Shown in pieces: positions 25,102 through 36,900 of a stretch of DNA of 64,000 nucleotides. The first letter of the stretch is position 1. Each line of letters opens with the position of its first letter. Where the stretch lies: NCBI GenBank assembly GCA_002269645.1, contig NIVC01000616.1, positions 434,001 to 498,000 on the forward strand. The letters are read 5' to 3'. Origin of the DNA: Macrostomum lignano. Lineage: Eukaryota. Both the position numbers and the translations under genes were made by a program. The notes under the pieces were generated by a model that did no database searches, was not told the DNA's origin, and saw nothing but the letters and a program-made list of their open reading frames with translations.

Positions 25102-27065
25102 CTAGGCCTCGCACAGACCCGCCGCTGTCGGTGGCTCTCTGAGCTTCTTCAGGTTGGCGAACTGGTAAACCAAGCGCTGGCCGTCAACTTTATTGAGAAT
25201 TCCTCGGGCGTAGTAGTATCTGAGGGACATTTTGAGAAGATTATTGTAAAATTTATGGCTGTTTCTATGCTGTTTCTGTGGTGTTGCTATGCTGTTTCAT
25301 TGGTGTTGCTATGCTGTTACGATGATGTTGCTATGCTATTGCTTTGCTGTTGCTATGCTGTTTCTATGCTGTTGCTATGTTGTTGCTATGATGTTGCTAT
25401 GCTGTTACAATGGTTTTGCTAAGCTGTTTCTATGTTGTTGCTATGCAGTTTCTATATGTTGTTTCTATGCTGTTTCGATGCTGTTGCTATGCTTTTGCTA
25501 TGCTGTTGCTATGCTTTTGCTATGCTGTTGCTATGCTTTTGCTATGCTGTTGCTATGCTGTTGTTAAGTGTTCTCACCTGAGAGCTCGGCCCATTGTCTC
25601 GTACGTCATGTCCGGCTTGTTCTTGAGCATGCCCCACAGCTTGGACACGGCCCGACTGTCCACCAGCTTGAAGACGCCTCGCTCCTTGTCCAGCCACTTG
25701 ATGAAGCGCGGACTGTAGGTGGGATTGTGCAGCAGGTCGAGCAGAAACTCCCACAGGTAGGTCTGGCCGCCGTCTCGCCTGCGCTTCGGGCAGACGAGCT
25801 GAACCTCTTCGCCGAACGGACTGTAGGTGCAGTGCTCTGCGCAGGTGCAAGTCGAGTGGATAAGCTTGTTAGAATTCATGCACAGTAATGTAATAAGGTC
25901 AATTAAGGTTAAACTTTGTATCGAGTCCTCACCTCGCTTAGTAGTGGCGTGAGCAGCAAAGGACTCGCCCATTCGGTGCCTTCGCAGACTGTCGGTGTCC
26001 ATGATCACCAGGTCATCGCACTGGCCGCCGGTCTCCAGCCTGAGCTGCTGGTCGCGGGTCACCCGGTGCGCCGTCTTGATCCGCGTGTGCGTGTGCGACG
26101 GCTGCGGCCGAGGCGGCTGCTGCACGGCCGACTGCATCGGAGGGTCGTCGGCTTTGCTCAGCAGGCCGACCCGACCGGCGGAGGCGGAGGCGGTCGGGGC
26201 GCCGGGCATCGGGAAGTCGGGCGTTGTCGGGGTCTTGATGAACTGCTGCCAGGACAGGCCGCCTGCGACCACCTGGCGGGGCTGGTGCGGCAGCTGGTAA
26301 GTCGGCTTCGGCTTGACCAGACCGGCCACCGCGGCTGCCATCTCACTGGCGTCGAACTCGGACAGGCCGGACACGCCAGAGTCGGTCGGGCTGCTCGGCA
26401 CGAGGCTGGCGAGTTCGGACTCATCTGAGCAGTGGGGGGTTGGGGAGTTCGGCTGTTGAGTATGGTCCGAGTTTGGTAGCCAAGTGCGGGGAATCGCCCT
26501 GAACTTGAGCCGCTGATTATAACAAAACCCAGATTGGCGCGGGATCAACCTTTGCTCTGTTGATTTCGCTATCGGAGCTGATAGCTGGGGTCCTTAGCCC
26601 GAAAAACATTCGAGTAGACTTCGGGTTGGGGCCCGAGATAACTTAGTTTTTTTCTGGTCAGATAAGACCCCAGGTGCAACTTGAAACGTTTTCGGGACAG
26701 ATTCGAGAGCGAGGAGAATGACAAAGGTCAGCTGAGCCAGCTCGAGCCATGCCTTGCTGAGCTGAGATAAGATTAACAAACGCCTGCGGCGCCTCGCGGC
26801 CTGCGGATCGAAATGTCAACTCGGAAGGAATTGGGGGAGGGTGGGGGCGTTCGCGGGGGTTCGGGTTTGTACTTGTCTTCTTGAGGCTCCGAGTCTGCAC
26901 CCTGTGCCAGCTGGTGGCGTATCGCAGTGTTTATGCCTAGTTGCTATGACAACGCGCTAATTTCCCATTCACAGGCTAGCGGGGACCCACGTACTAGCGT
27001 GAGTGACGTAGCGCTGCAGTAGCTTCTTCTTAAAGCACTGGCTGGAGTCCTGTTGCTGCTGCTGT

Positions 27066-27106
<41 letters not shown>

Positions 27107-28894
27107 CTGAAGCAGAAGACGTTGCTGAAATCGATAAAGCTCTGCTTCCGATGCCAGCTGTTGCTGCTGCTGCTGCTGCTGCTGGATGCAAGCCTGCCTG
27201 AGCTGCTGTTGCCAGAAGAGGTAGGCAAAGTACTGCTCATACCTGCTCACCAAATCCATGTGGCGCTGCTGGTCCATCTGTCTCTCTTCGCTATTGTATG
27301 AATATGAATTATTGCGCTATCGGCTGCACTGCTTCTCTGCTGCTCACTTGAGAAGAACTCCGAGATTTCACGACAGTCAAAAAACGCAGTTTGGTCTTTT
27401 ATAGTCCAGGAGCGGCAGTTGCTGGAATTTGTTCTTCAGTTGGCCTGATAAGGCAGCCACCAGTGACTCCCGCCAGCGACACTTCTCTGCCTGCTCTAAT
27501 CTCCGACTCCGGCTCGAGTCACGTGAGCGCGGAAAGAAGAAGAAAAAACCAACGAGAATGAAAATCTACCCCAGAACAGTCTGCTAACACGCTGCCGGCA
27601 GTTTGGGTTTCCCTACTTCCAAAGCTGCTGTTCCCACAGAAATGCAGAATGCTGATTTTGTATCCAAACTCAGGTGGAGAGGCGCGAGACAAGCAGACTG
27701 TAGCAAATAATTAAGCCTGCTGCGACTTACTTATTAAGTGAGGGGAGGCGCTGACAGCTGAGGCAGAGGGGGGCGAGAGGACAGAGAATTCGGTGCGATA
27801 TGTAACGATCAACCCTGAGCCAGACACAGCAGCAGCACAGAGTCACCGGCAGTCAGTGAATGGAGAGTCTGTTCCAGGCAGAGAAGTTCAGTGCTTGTGC
27901 ACCAATGAGATTCAAGATGCCTCGGATTAACAGGGCGGGTAGGCAGGACTTGGGCGGAAGCCGAATTAGCGGTTACGCAGTTGGAGCCCCTTGGACCCGG
28001 CAAGCACAGCCTCAGTTTTTAGGGGGTGGGGGGTAGCGAACCTCTTGGAGGATGGCGCCATCAGTTTGCAGACAGCGTAAACGCTTCACTTCGTTCTGGA
28101 CACCTTTCGAATTTCTTTTCAAATCAAAATTTTGGGCATACATTCCCCGCTCCTACTTCTCTACTGACTGCAGTAGAAAAACTGGGACATGGCTATCTAA
28201 ATTTATTCTACGCGCATATATAGGATAAATCCGCCCAGATTTCAAGCGAACTCACCATCGCTGGGCAGCTTGACGTCAATCGGCTGGATCCGGAGCTGCC
28301 GCGGCCGGCTGGGCAGCTTGCGACGGCGACTGCCGAGGCTCGTCGGCGGCTGCTGCTGCTGGGCGCTGTGCCACAGGCTGCCTTCCTCGAGCGACATCTT
28401 AATCCGCTTCACGTCCAGCTCAATCATGTCCTCGGGATCCTGCTCGGACTCCGTCTGGTCGTCATCGATCAGCCCGAGACAGCTGCCGGCTGAGCTCGGC
28501 GCCTTCGACTGCTGCTGCTCGTCAAGCGCGGCTGGCGACGACTGCGGCGACTCCGACGGCAGCGGCGGCATCTGCCGGAGCCAGTCGTCCAGCGACAGGT
28601 TGACGTCATTGATCAACGAGACGGTGGACTCCTCCATCTGTTGGGATTTCGGTTCAATCAGTGATAGAGAGTTAAACAAAGTCCCAGGTTCGATTCCGTA
28701 CTTGCAGCTACATTGATTTCTGACTTCTGTGAAGCCCAACTGTGAAGCCCTTCTGTGACGGCCTGGCAGCTCACCTTCACCATCTCGTCCAGGAAGCTCT
28801 GCGTGGACTCGTTCAGTAAGGAGATGTCCACCCCGCCGGACTCCGGGATTTCCCAGCCGTTCTCGCTGAAGTCGAACTCGTCCAGGCTGGTCAT
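25102..28894 (-). CDS. elf: ETS-domain transcription factor, E74/ELF subfamily, 5 coding exons, ~456 aa
   Basis: Exons 28894-28775, 28637-28256, 26424-25933, 25836-25578, 25219-25102 total 1371 nt with consistent phases. ETS domain [10 protein letters not shown]...[32 protein letters not shown]|[20 protein letters not shown] matches the ELF/E74 signature. An acceptor near 28912 implies further upstream exon(s). Confidence 0.9.
25255..25562. repeat. GTTGCTATGCT-family minisatellite, last ETS intron
   Basis: Repeated GCTGTTGCTATGCT variants; the start matches 23030-23100 closely. Confidence 0.9.
26969..27277 (-). CDS. candidate alternative first exon of the ETS gene encoding a polyglutamine-rich N-terminus
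   Basis: ATG-initiated 102-aa ORF with mixed CAG/CAA polyQ runs, same strand, inside ETS intron 2. Splice junction to downstream exons not resolved. Confidence 0.5.
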
Positions 28895-29366
28895 GGCTGT
28901 CGGGCGCGCGATCTGCAGAAATGCGAGAAATGCGTCGAGCTATTAGTAAGAAGACTCATTGCAGCTGTAGGCAGTTCGAAATGACTCAGTCAGAATCGCA
29001 CACCCTGTGTGTACGGGCCTGTGTACACCGCTCAGCGCCCCTGCTCTCCTTATCTCTCGGCGGCCGACTGTTGAGCTTGGAAACAAAACCAACAGGAAAA
29101 ACTGCCCGCCGCCGCCACCCTCCCCCACCGAGTCTTCGCAGCAGGTTTTGCACTCGGCGATTGTTGTGTAAACTGCTCTAATCAGCTCCGGCCAAATTGA
29201 GCTTTCTGCCGCGTTCCATGAGCTTATCGATTCACGTAGCACTGGGACTGGAATACCATGGCCAGTAGTGACACTTCACCTGCCCGACTTAATCCGATCT
29301 TTATTTCAAAATATCCCAAAAGCGTTGGGAACCCGCGCTAATTTAAATTCCCATTGAAGTCCAACC

Positions 29367-30350
29367 ACGGGAACAAGAGACGCCACAATGGGAACAAGAG
29401 GCGCCACAATGGGAACAAGAGGCGCTACAAGGGAAACAAGAGGCGCCACAAAGGGAAACAAGAGGCGCCACCAAGGGAAACAAGAGGCGCCACAAGGTGA
29501 ACAAGAGGCGCCACAAGGTGAACAAGAGGCGCCACAATGGGAACAAGAGGCGCCACAAGGTGAACAAGAGGCGCCACAAGGTGAACAAGAGGCCCCATAA
29601 TGGGAACAAGAGGCGCCACAATGGGAACAAGAGGCGCTACAAGGGAAACAAGAGGCGCCACAAAGGGAAACAAGAGGCGCCACAAGGTGAACAAGAGGCG
29701 CCACAAGGTGAACAAGAGGCGCCACAAGGTGAACAAGAGGCCCCATAATGGGAACAAGAGGCGCCACAATGGGAACAAGAGGCGCCACAATGGGAACAAG
29801 AGGCGCTACAAGGGAAACAAGAGGCGCCACAAAGGGAAACAAGAGGCGCCACCAAGGGAAACAAGAGGCGCCACAAGGTGAACAAGAGGCGCCACAAGGT
29901 GAACAAGAGGCGCCACAATGGGAACAAGAGGCGCCACAAGGTGAACAAGAGGCGCCACAAGGTGAACAAGAGGCCCCATAATGGGAACAAGAGGCGCCAC
30001 AATGGGAACAAGAGGCGCTACAAGGTGAACAAGAGGCGCCACAAAGGGAAACAAGAGGCGCCACAAGGTGAACAAGAGGCGCCACAAGGTGAACAAGAGG
30101 CCCCATAATGGGAACAAGAGGCGCCACAATGGGAACAAGAGGCGCTACAAGGGAAACAAGAGGCGCCACAAAGGGAAACAAGAGGCGCCACAAGGTGAAC
30201 AAGAGGCGCCACAAGGTGAACAAGAGGCGCCACAAGGTGAACAAGAGGCGCCACAAGGTGAACAAGAGGCGCCACAATGGGAACAAGAGGCGCCACAATG
30301 GGAAACAAGAGGCGCCACAAGGTGAACAGGGGCGCCACAAGGTAACGGGA
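29367..30350. repeat. 21/22-bp minisatellite with higher-order variant pattern
   Basis: Units GGTGAACAAGAGGCGCCACAA, GGGAACAAGAGGCGCCACAAT, GGGAAACAAGAGGCGCCACAAA recur in blocks; one block spacing is ~212 bp. Confidence 0.95.
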
Positions 30351-31199
30351 GAGAACTGAAATGATGCATTTAAGTTCGAATCCTGCCAACCAATATTCTC
30401 AAATACACAACCAATAAACTTACCAATTACACTAATAAATGAATCGATGACTATGGGAAATATACAAAGTAATTTGAGCAGAGAAAAAAATTTCTATAGA
30501 ACAAAAGCTTCAAAGCTAACTTGAGACTGTGCCTTCACAATATTATATTTATATATGTGCGCTCGACACACAACCCCAACGAACACGCTGTGTAACCTTT
30601 TCACCTCTCTCCACCAACCCCCCTCCCTCCTCCCTCCTTAATTCGCGCATTTTTGGTACGAAATGTCTAAAATTGAGCCTCGAGCTGGAGCCACCCCATG
30701 CAGCCTATTATGGAGCTCTGCGCTATCGAGTTCTGGGGGCCAGGGCTGGATTCGTACACACGGCGCATTGACATGCGTGCACACACAGGCCGCGCGTAAT
30801 TCACAATGAAATATGAAGGCACTGCGGCTGCGGGGCTGGGCTGTGAGTCACTGTGGAGAGTTTCCCACTGGGCCACTCGCCTTTAGCAAGAACCAGACAG
30901 AACAAAGAAAGCATACGATGCGCGTGGACGAACTCTAGCCAGCTGGCTTATTCCTGCTAGAGAGACATTTACTAAACATGCTTGGCTGAAGTGAGTCACT
31001 CCATCTAGCAGAACCCAAGGCGCGTGAATGAAATGCTCGCCTGCCCACCCAAGCCTGACTAATTTGGCCTGTGAATAAATGACAGGACATGCTATGGGCC
31101 GGCTCTAAGTATCTTAAAAGAGATATGGCGCAGCTGTATCAGAGCAATAAACTAAATATTTGACCTATCTGTTGAGTTTGCTTTAAGATAATTAACTGT

Positions 31200-31660
31200 C
31201 TGCAACAATTGCTATTTGTCTCAGAGAACCACTGTAACGCAAACTTACCCAGAGATATTGAAAGCAAAGTCGGCGCGAGTTGTCTGTTCTCCAGCTGTGC
31301 TCATGCAGTTCCTTGGCCGGTCGGTCTGTGGCGGATTTATACCCCTGGCCTGAGCCGGGGGCTGGGGATTTGCAGTGCACAGGGGAGCAGGGAGGCCGGT
31401 GCTCCCTAGCCGTACAAATCCCTTATTTGGCTGCTGACTCACCCTGGCAAAATCCCGCACTGCGGGCTGCAGCCGCTACCTACTAATAATAGAAACACAG
31501 GTGGAGTGAGTCCTCCCAGGCCAACCTCGGCTCCTCGCCGTTCCCCGATCCCCATTCTCTCTTCCCCACTGAGCTCATCTGCTCCTGTACTATTAATAAC
31601 CCCACCGCTGCTTAAAGTGGAAATTCTTGACAGTTTTTTTCTGTCAATTTTTAACAAAAT
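31200..31660 (-). promoter_or_regulatory. possible upstream non-coding exon(s)/promoter region of the ETS gene
   Basis: Minus-strand donors CCAGG|GTGAGT (~31441) and CTGG|GTAAGT (~31246) could pair with the acceptor near 28912. Inference only. Confidence 0.3.
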
Positions 31661-31729
31661 CGGTTAAAAAGTTGAAACGGAACGCTTCATTTGAACATGA
31701 TCTCTTCGTGAGTGAAATTGGGTGACAAT

Positions 31730-32305
31730 GGGTGAGAAGGAGAGTGAGATTGGGTGAGAGGGAGAGTGAGATTGGATGAAGGAGAGTGAGATTGGGTGAG
31801 AAGGAGAGTGAGATTGGGTGAGAGGGAGAGTGAGATTGGGTGAGAGGGAGAGTGATATTGGATAAAGGAGAGTGAGATTGGGTGAGAAGGTGAGTGAGAT
31901 TGGATAAAAGAGAGTGAGATTGGATAAAAGAGAGTGAGATTGGATAAAAGAGAGTGAGATTGGGTGAGAGGGAGAGTGAGATTGGGTGAGAGGGAGAGTG
32001 AGATTGGGTGAGAGGGAGAGTGAGATTGGGTGAGAGGGAGAGTGAGATTGGGTGAGAGGGAGAGTGAGATTAAGTGAGAGGGAGAGTGAGATTGGGTGAG
32101 AGGGAGAGTGAGATTGGGTGAGAGGGAGAGTGAGATTGGGTGAGAGGGAGAGTGAGATTGGGTGAGAAGGTGAGTGAGATTGGATAAAAGAGAGTGAGAT
32201 TGGATGAAAGAGTGAGATTGGGTGGGAAGGAGAGTGATATTGGATATAGGAGAGTGAGATTATGTGAGAGGGAGAGTGAGATTGGGTGAGAGGAAGAGTG
32301 AGATA
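31730..32305. repeat. 22-bp purine-rich minisatellite
   Basis: Unit GGGTGAGAGGGAGAGTGAGATT. Confidence 0.95.
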
Positions 32306-32784
32306 GATGGGCGAGAAAACAAAAAAGAAAAGAACTGATTGTCTCAATTGCAGCAAAAGCAGAAGACTCAAGCAAGCCAAACGAGAGTGCCAGAGCCCCC
32401 GGTTCCGAGCTCTGCATTCCACTCTAACAATAATCATATTCGGTCGCACAAGCAGAGCAGAGAGTTCAGTTACAGAAAGCATGACGGCACCGTGCAGGGT
32501 TCCGCACGCACCGCGGCTAATTAATGGAACGCTCATTAATTTTTTTCCAACACAAATACAGAAAATACTGCGTGGGCTGGGCCAAGGTCAGCGCCAATGG
32601 GCACTGCGATTTGCGCAATATCCAGCGCTGACTCACATCGATAGTAGACTGAACCAGCGGGGGGTCTGTTTTCACCGTTGCGCCATCGGCTCCGCCTTCG
32701 CCTCTCAGCAATTTCTTGTGTCGTTCTGCTTTTACTTTTTTGCTTTATCTAACAATTTTTCTTGACGTTCTCTGATTTGAAGCC

Positions 32785-33180
32785 TCCTCTCTCCTCCCCT
32801 CTCCTCTCCTCCCCTCTCCTCTCCTCTCCTCTCCTCTCCTCCCCTCTCCTCTCCTCCCCTCTCCTCTCCTCCCCTCCCCTCTCCTCTCCTCTCCTCTCCT
32901 CTCCTCCCCTCTCCTCCCCTCTCCTCCCTCTCCTCTCCTCCCCTCCCCTCTCCTCTCCTCTCCTCTCCTCTCCTCTCCTCTCCTCTCCTCCCTCCCCTCC
33001 CTCCCTCTCCTCTCCTCTCCTCCCTCTCCTCTCCTCTCCTCCCCTCCCCTCTCCTCCCCTCTCCTCTCCTCTCCTCCCCTCTCCTCTCCTCTCCTCCCCT
33101 CCCCTCTCCTCCCCTCTCCTCTCCTCTCCTCCCCTCTCCTCTCCTCTCCTCCCCTCCCCTCTCCTCTCCCCTATCTCCTA
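32785..33180. repeat. (CTCCT/CTCCC)n polypyrimidine pentamer repeat
   Basis: Directly visible. Confidence 0.95.
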
Positions 33181-33369
33181 TTGTCTTGTCTCGTCTCCTC
33201 TTTTCTATTTTTTCATTAAAGCAGGTGAGAAAAAAACATCATATTTAACTATCAAATAATTCGTGTGAATTCGCAAAAAATGCTACAGACAGTAAAAAAT
33301 TGCGACGTACGAGCGTATTAGGTTGGTTTCGCAGTGAAAAATAAAACTATGTGATGAACCGATTCTTAT

Positions 33370-33535
33370 TTTGGCGCCATCGATTCTCATTTCGGCGCCA
33401 TCGATTTTAACTTTGGTGCCATCGATTCTCATTTCGGCGCCATCGATTCTCATTTCGGCGCCGTAGATTCTCATTTCGGCGCCATCGATTCTCATTTTGG
33501 CGCCATCGATTTTAACTTTGGTGCCATCGATTCTC
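33370..33535. repeat. 21-bp minisatellite
   Basis: Unit GGCGCCATCGATTCTCATTTC, ~8 copies. Confidence 0.9.
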
Positions 33536-33927
33536 CAACGGTTTTCTAATCAGACTACTGATATAAGTAGAAATAAGCGAGTTTTCCTGCTAAATTTAGC
33601 AGATAGCCAAATAATATAATAATGATAGAAAGTCTGTTTATAGCAGGCAGGCAGACAATAAAAACGAAATCAATTGAGATTCTAGAACAGAACTGGAGTT
33701 GAAAACAGGACCACAGGCAGTAAAATTTGTGGTTAAAAAGTAATTGTTTATCATATAAATTAACAATGTTTTTAATAATTGAAAAAAACATTAAATTAGA
33801 TAGTAGTTTCTATATTGAGCATAAATTTTAACCTGGTTCTGCTAGCTTATAAACTGGTTTAAAAAGTTATAAAAATGAATAAAGAGTTGAGTTTCACTTT
33901 GACAAACTGCTTCGAGCAGACTCGAAC

Positions 33928-36900
33928 TCAGTAATAATCCACATAGAAGGAGGCCTGCTGGAACACTCCAGTCACCTGCTTGCTGCTGAAGGAAGCAACC
34001 AGGGTAATTGGACCGGCCCGATAGAAGCGAACCTTGAAGGTGGCAGCCGCTTCAGCTCCCGGCTCAATGTCGCTGCATGGGGGAGAGAGGTTTGAAAATC
34101 CTCTTTGTATCATTATCTTAGTCGGCTTTAAAAAAGATACAAAATACGAATTAAAATGCGCCTAAACTACTTATGCTTTGTCAGTAGTATATTTTTGCAC
34201 TGTTATAGATTTCTGTTAGTAGTAGGACTTTCAGTGGAAAAATAATTTTGTGCTTTTTACCAGTCTCAGATACGATAGCCCCAAAAGGGCCGTTTTAGCT
34301 AAATCAGGCCAATGACTCACTCGACTTTCTGCTCCAAATCGTAGCTTCTCAAGCCGGGCGCCTCGATGGAGAATTTCGCGTCGGTGAGCGCGAACTCCAG
34401 GTCGTTCTTCAGCTCCACCACAATCTCGCTTGTGCGGTACTTTTTAATTGACTCCGGAACCTGGATTGGGCGTGCGGGATTTGCAGTGCTTCGGAGTAGA
34501 TAGGGATCACAGTTAATAATAAAATATCAGGTGATTAAAATATATAACTTTTTGGCGTGATCTGGTCTTGGGTGCTTGGGGTGTTGGGCGTTTTGGGGTG
34601 GTGGGTGATTTGGGGGGGGGGTAGCTGTTTTGGGGTGGCGGGTGTTTTGGGGTGGTGGCTGTTTTGGGGTGGTGGCTGTTTTGGGGTGGTGGCTGTTTTG
34701 GGGTGGCGGGTGTTTTGGGGTGGTGGCTGTTTTGGGGTGGCGGGTGTTCTTGGGTGGCGGATGTTTTTGGGTGGCGGATGTTTTTGGGTGGCGGATGTTT
34801 TTGGGTGGCGGATGTTTTTGGGTGGCGGATGTTTCTGGGTGGCGGATGTTTTTGGGTGGCGGATGTTTTGGGGTGGTGGGTTTTTTGGGGTGTTGGGTGA
34901 TTGGGTGTGGTGGGTGTTTTGGGGTGGTGGGTGATTTGGGGGGGGTAGCTGTTTTGGGGTGGTGGCTGTTTTGGGGTGGTGGCTGTTTTGGGGTGGTGGC
35001 TGTTTTGGGGTGGTGGCTGTTTTGGGGTGGTGGCTGTTTTGGGGTGGTGGCTGTTTTGGGAGCTGCTTTTGCATCTGTTTCACCCCAAGTAAGAGGTTAA
35101 AATCTCACCCTGATAAGCAGATCAGGGTACAGAATTCCGATCACGTGATCCAGGGTCTGCACTCGGTTCTCCGTGTCGGTGAGGGAAGCCTGAATGACGA
35201 TGTCAACCTCTTCGTTGCCAAACTCCGTGTACTGCCAGGCATTGATTGACAGCTTCGCAGTGGTTTCTAAGAAACACAGGACGATAAGGTTTATAAGGAT
35301 TTTGTCTTTTTAGTTTTAAAATTTCTGTAAGTGCCTGTAATTTTGCCGTGCCTGTCTGTAACTCCCCGTCATTAAATGAGCTCACCGACATTAGCTGGAA
35401 GGTCCAGCTTTACATTCTCCACGCTGAGCTCCTTGAGGTCCTTGCCGGCGCTGTTCCTGAGCACCGCTGAGCAGTAGCAGGAGCCCGCCCTGTCCCTGTC
35501 GCTCAGGTTCTTCACCGCCACCTCCACGCTGGCGTCCTGGCCGAACACGATGCCGGAGCTGGCGCCCGGGCCAGGCAGGATGCGCAGGCGCCACACGGGA
35601 GCCTCCTGACCGTCAGGGGAGACACGCGGCGGAGGCAGTCGCTCGTTGCCGGCCTGCCTGGCGAGCTCGCGGGCCCGCTCGAAGGTGGCCTGCTCCTCCG
35701 AGCTGCCCTCCTCGTACTTGTACAGGTTCGTCAAGTCTTGACGCTCAAAGGACCCGACAGCCTGCAGGAATGAAGGTTTTGGGGTAGCGGGTGTTTGGGG
35801 AGGTGGGTGTTTTGAGGTGGTGGGTGTTTTGGGGTGGTGGGTGTCTTGGGGAGGTGGGTGTTTTGGGGCGGTGGGTATTTTGGGGAGGTGGGTGTTTTGG
35901 GGTGGTGGGTGTTTTGGGAAGGTGGGTGTTTTGGGAAGGTGGGTGTTTTGGGGAGGTGGGTGTTTTGGGGTGGTGGGTGTTTTTGGGAGGTGGGTGTTTT
36001 GGGGCGGTGGGTATTTTGGGAAGGTGGGTGTTTTGGGAAGGTGGGTGTTTTGGGAAGGTGGGTGTTTTGGGGTGGTGGGTGTTTTGGTGAGATGGGTGTT
36101 TTGGGGTGGTGGGTGTTTTGGGAAGGTGGGTGTTTTGGGGAGGTGGGTGTTTTGGGGTGGTGGGTGTTATGGGGTGGTGGGTGTTTTGGGGTGGTGGGTG
36201 TTTGGGATGGCGGTGATTCTGAATACCTTTTGCAGGTGATTTACTCAAACTCTTCTCAAACTACCTTGGTGCTGAGGAACTTCCCAACAGACTCTGGGTC
36301 GGAATGGGCCTCGATCCAAGTCTCCCCGTTGTCGGGCGACACATAGCGCTTGACGCAGGCGTTAACCTCCGAGAAGATGAAGTTGGCGTCGTGCGGCACG
36401 TTGACCTCGCCCTCCCTGATGGCCAACAGCGGACACGGCCCGGTCTGGAAGAACCCGCCGCTCACTTCCTGCGGTGTGGCGTCCACAGCCTGCCAGCCGT
36501 TGTAGCGCTTGCCGAGGTCCGGCCGCGTCATCCACATCTCGTTCCACACATGGAAGTTCCTGGAGATACGATTTTATTGATGTACATCCTGCCCCAGTCT
36601 ATGTACAGTGTGTACATCCTGCCCCAGTCCATTTACAGTGTGTACATCCTGCCCCAGTCCATGTACAGTATGTACACATCCTGCCCCAGTCTCTGTCAAG
36701 TGTGTACATCCACAACCAGTCAGAGCGTACATCCAGTGTGAGCACAGCCCCAACCAACCAGACGGAGTCGCTGTTTTTGTCCCGGAACGGCTCGCCGGTG
36801 CTGTGGTAGAACTTGTCGATCAGCAGGTTGGCGTGGGTGTCGTGAGCGGACGAGAAATTCGTCACGCTCCGGGTCGGGATGCCGAGGGCGCGGCCGGCTG

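Noticed and set aside
29306-30389. Many overlapping ORFs on both strands
   Set aside because: Artefacts of the 21/22-bp array; no non-repetitive coding flanks.
32307-32765. 152-aa + strand ORF
   Set aside because: No recognisable domain or splice context; more likely regulatory or non-coding DNA upstream of the ETS gene.
34570-36205. Interstitial telomere or ciliate contamination suggested by TTTTGGGG
   Set aside because: The motif is embedded in 17-bp units inside well-formed introns of a continuous gene model.
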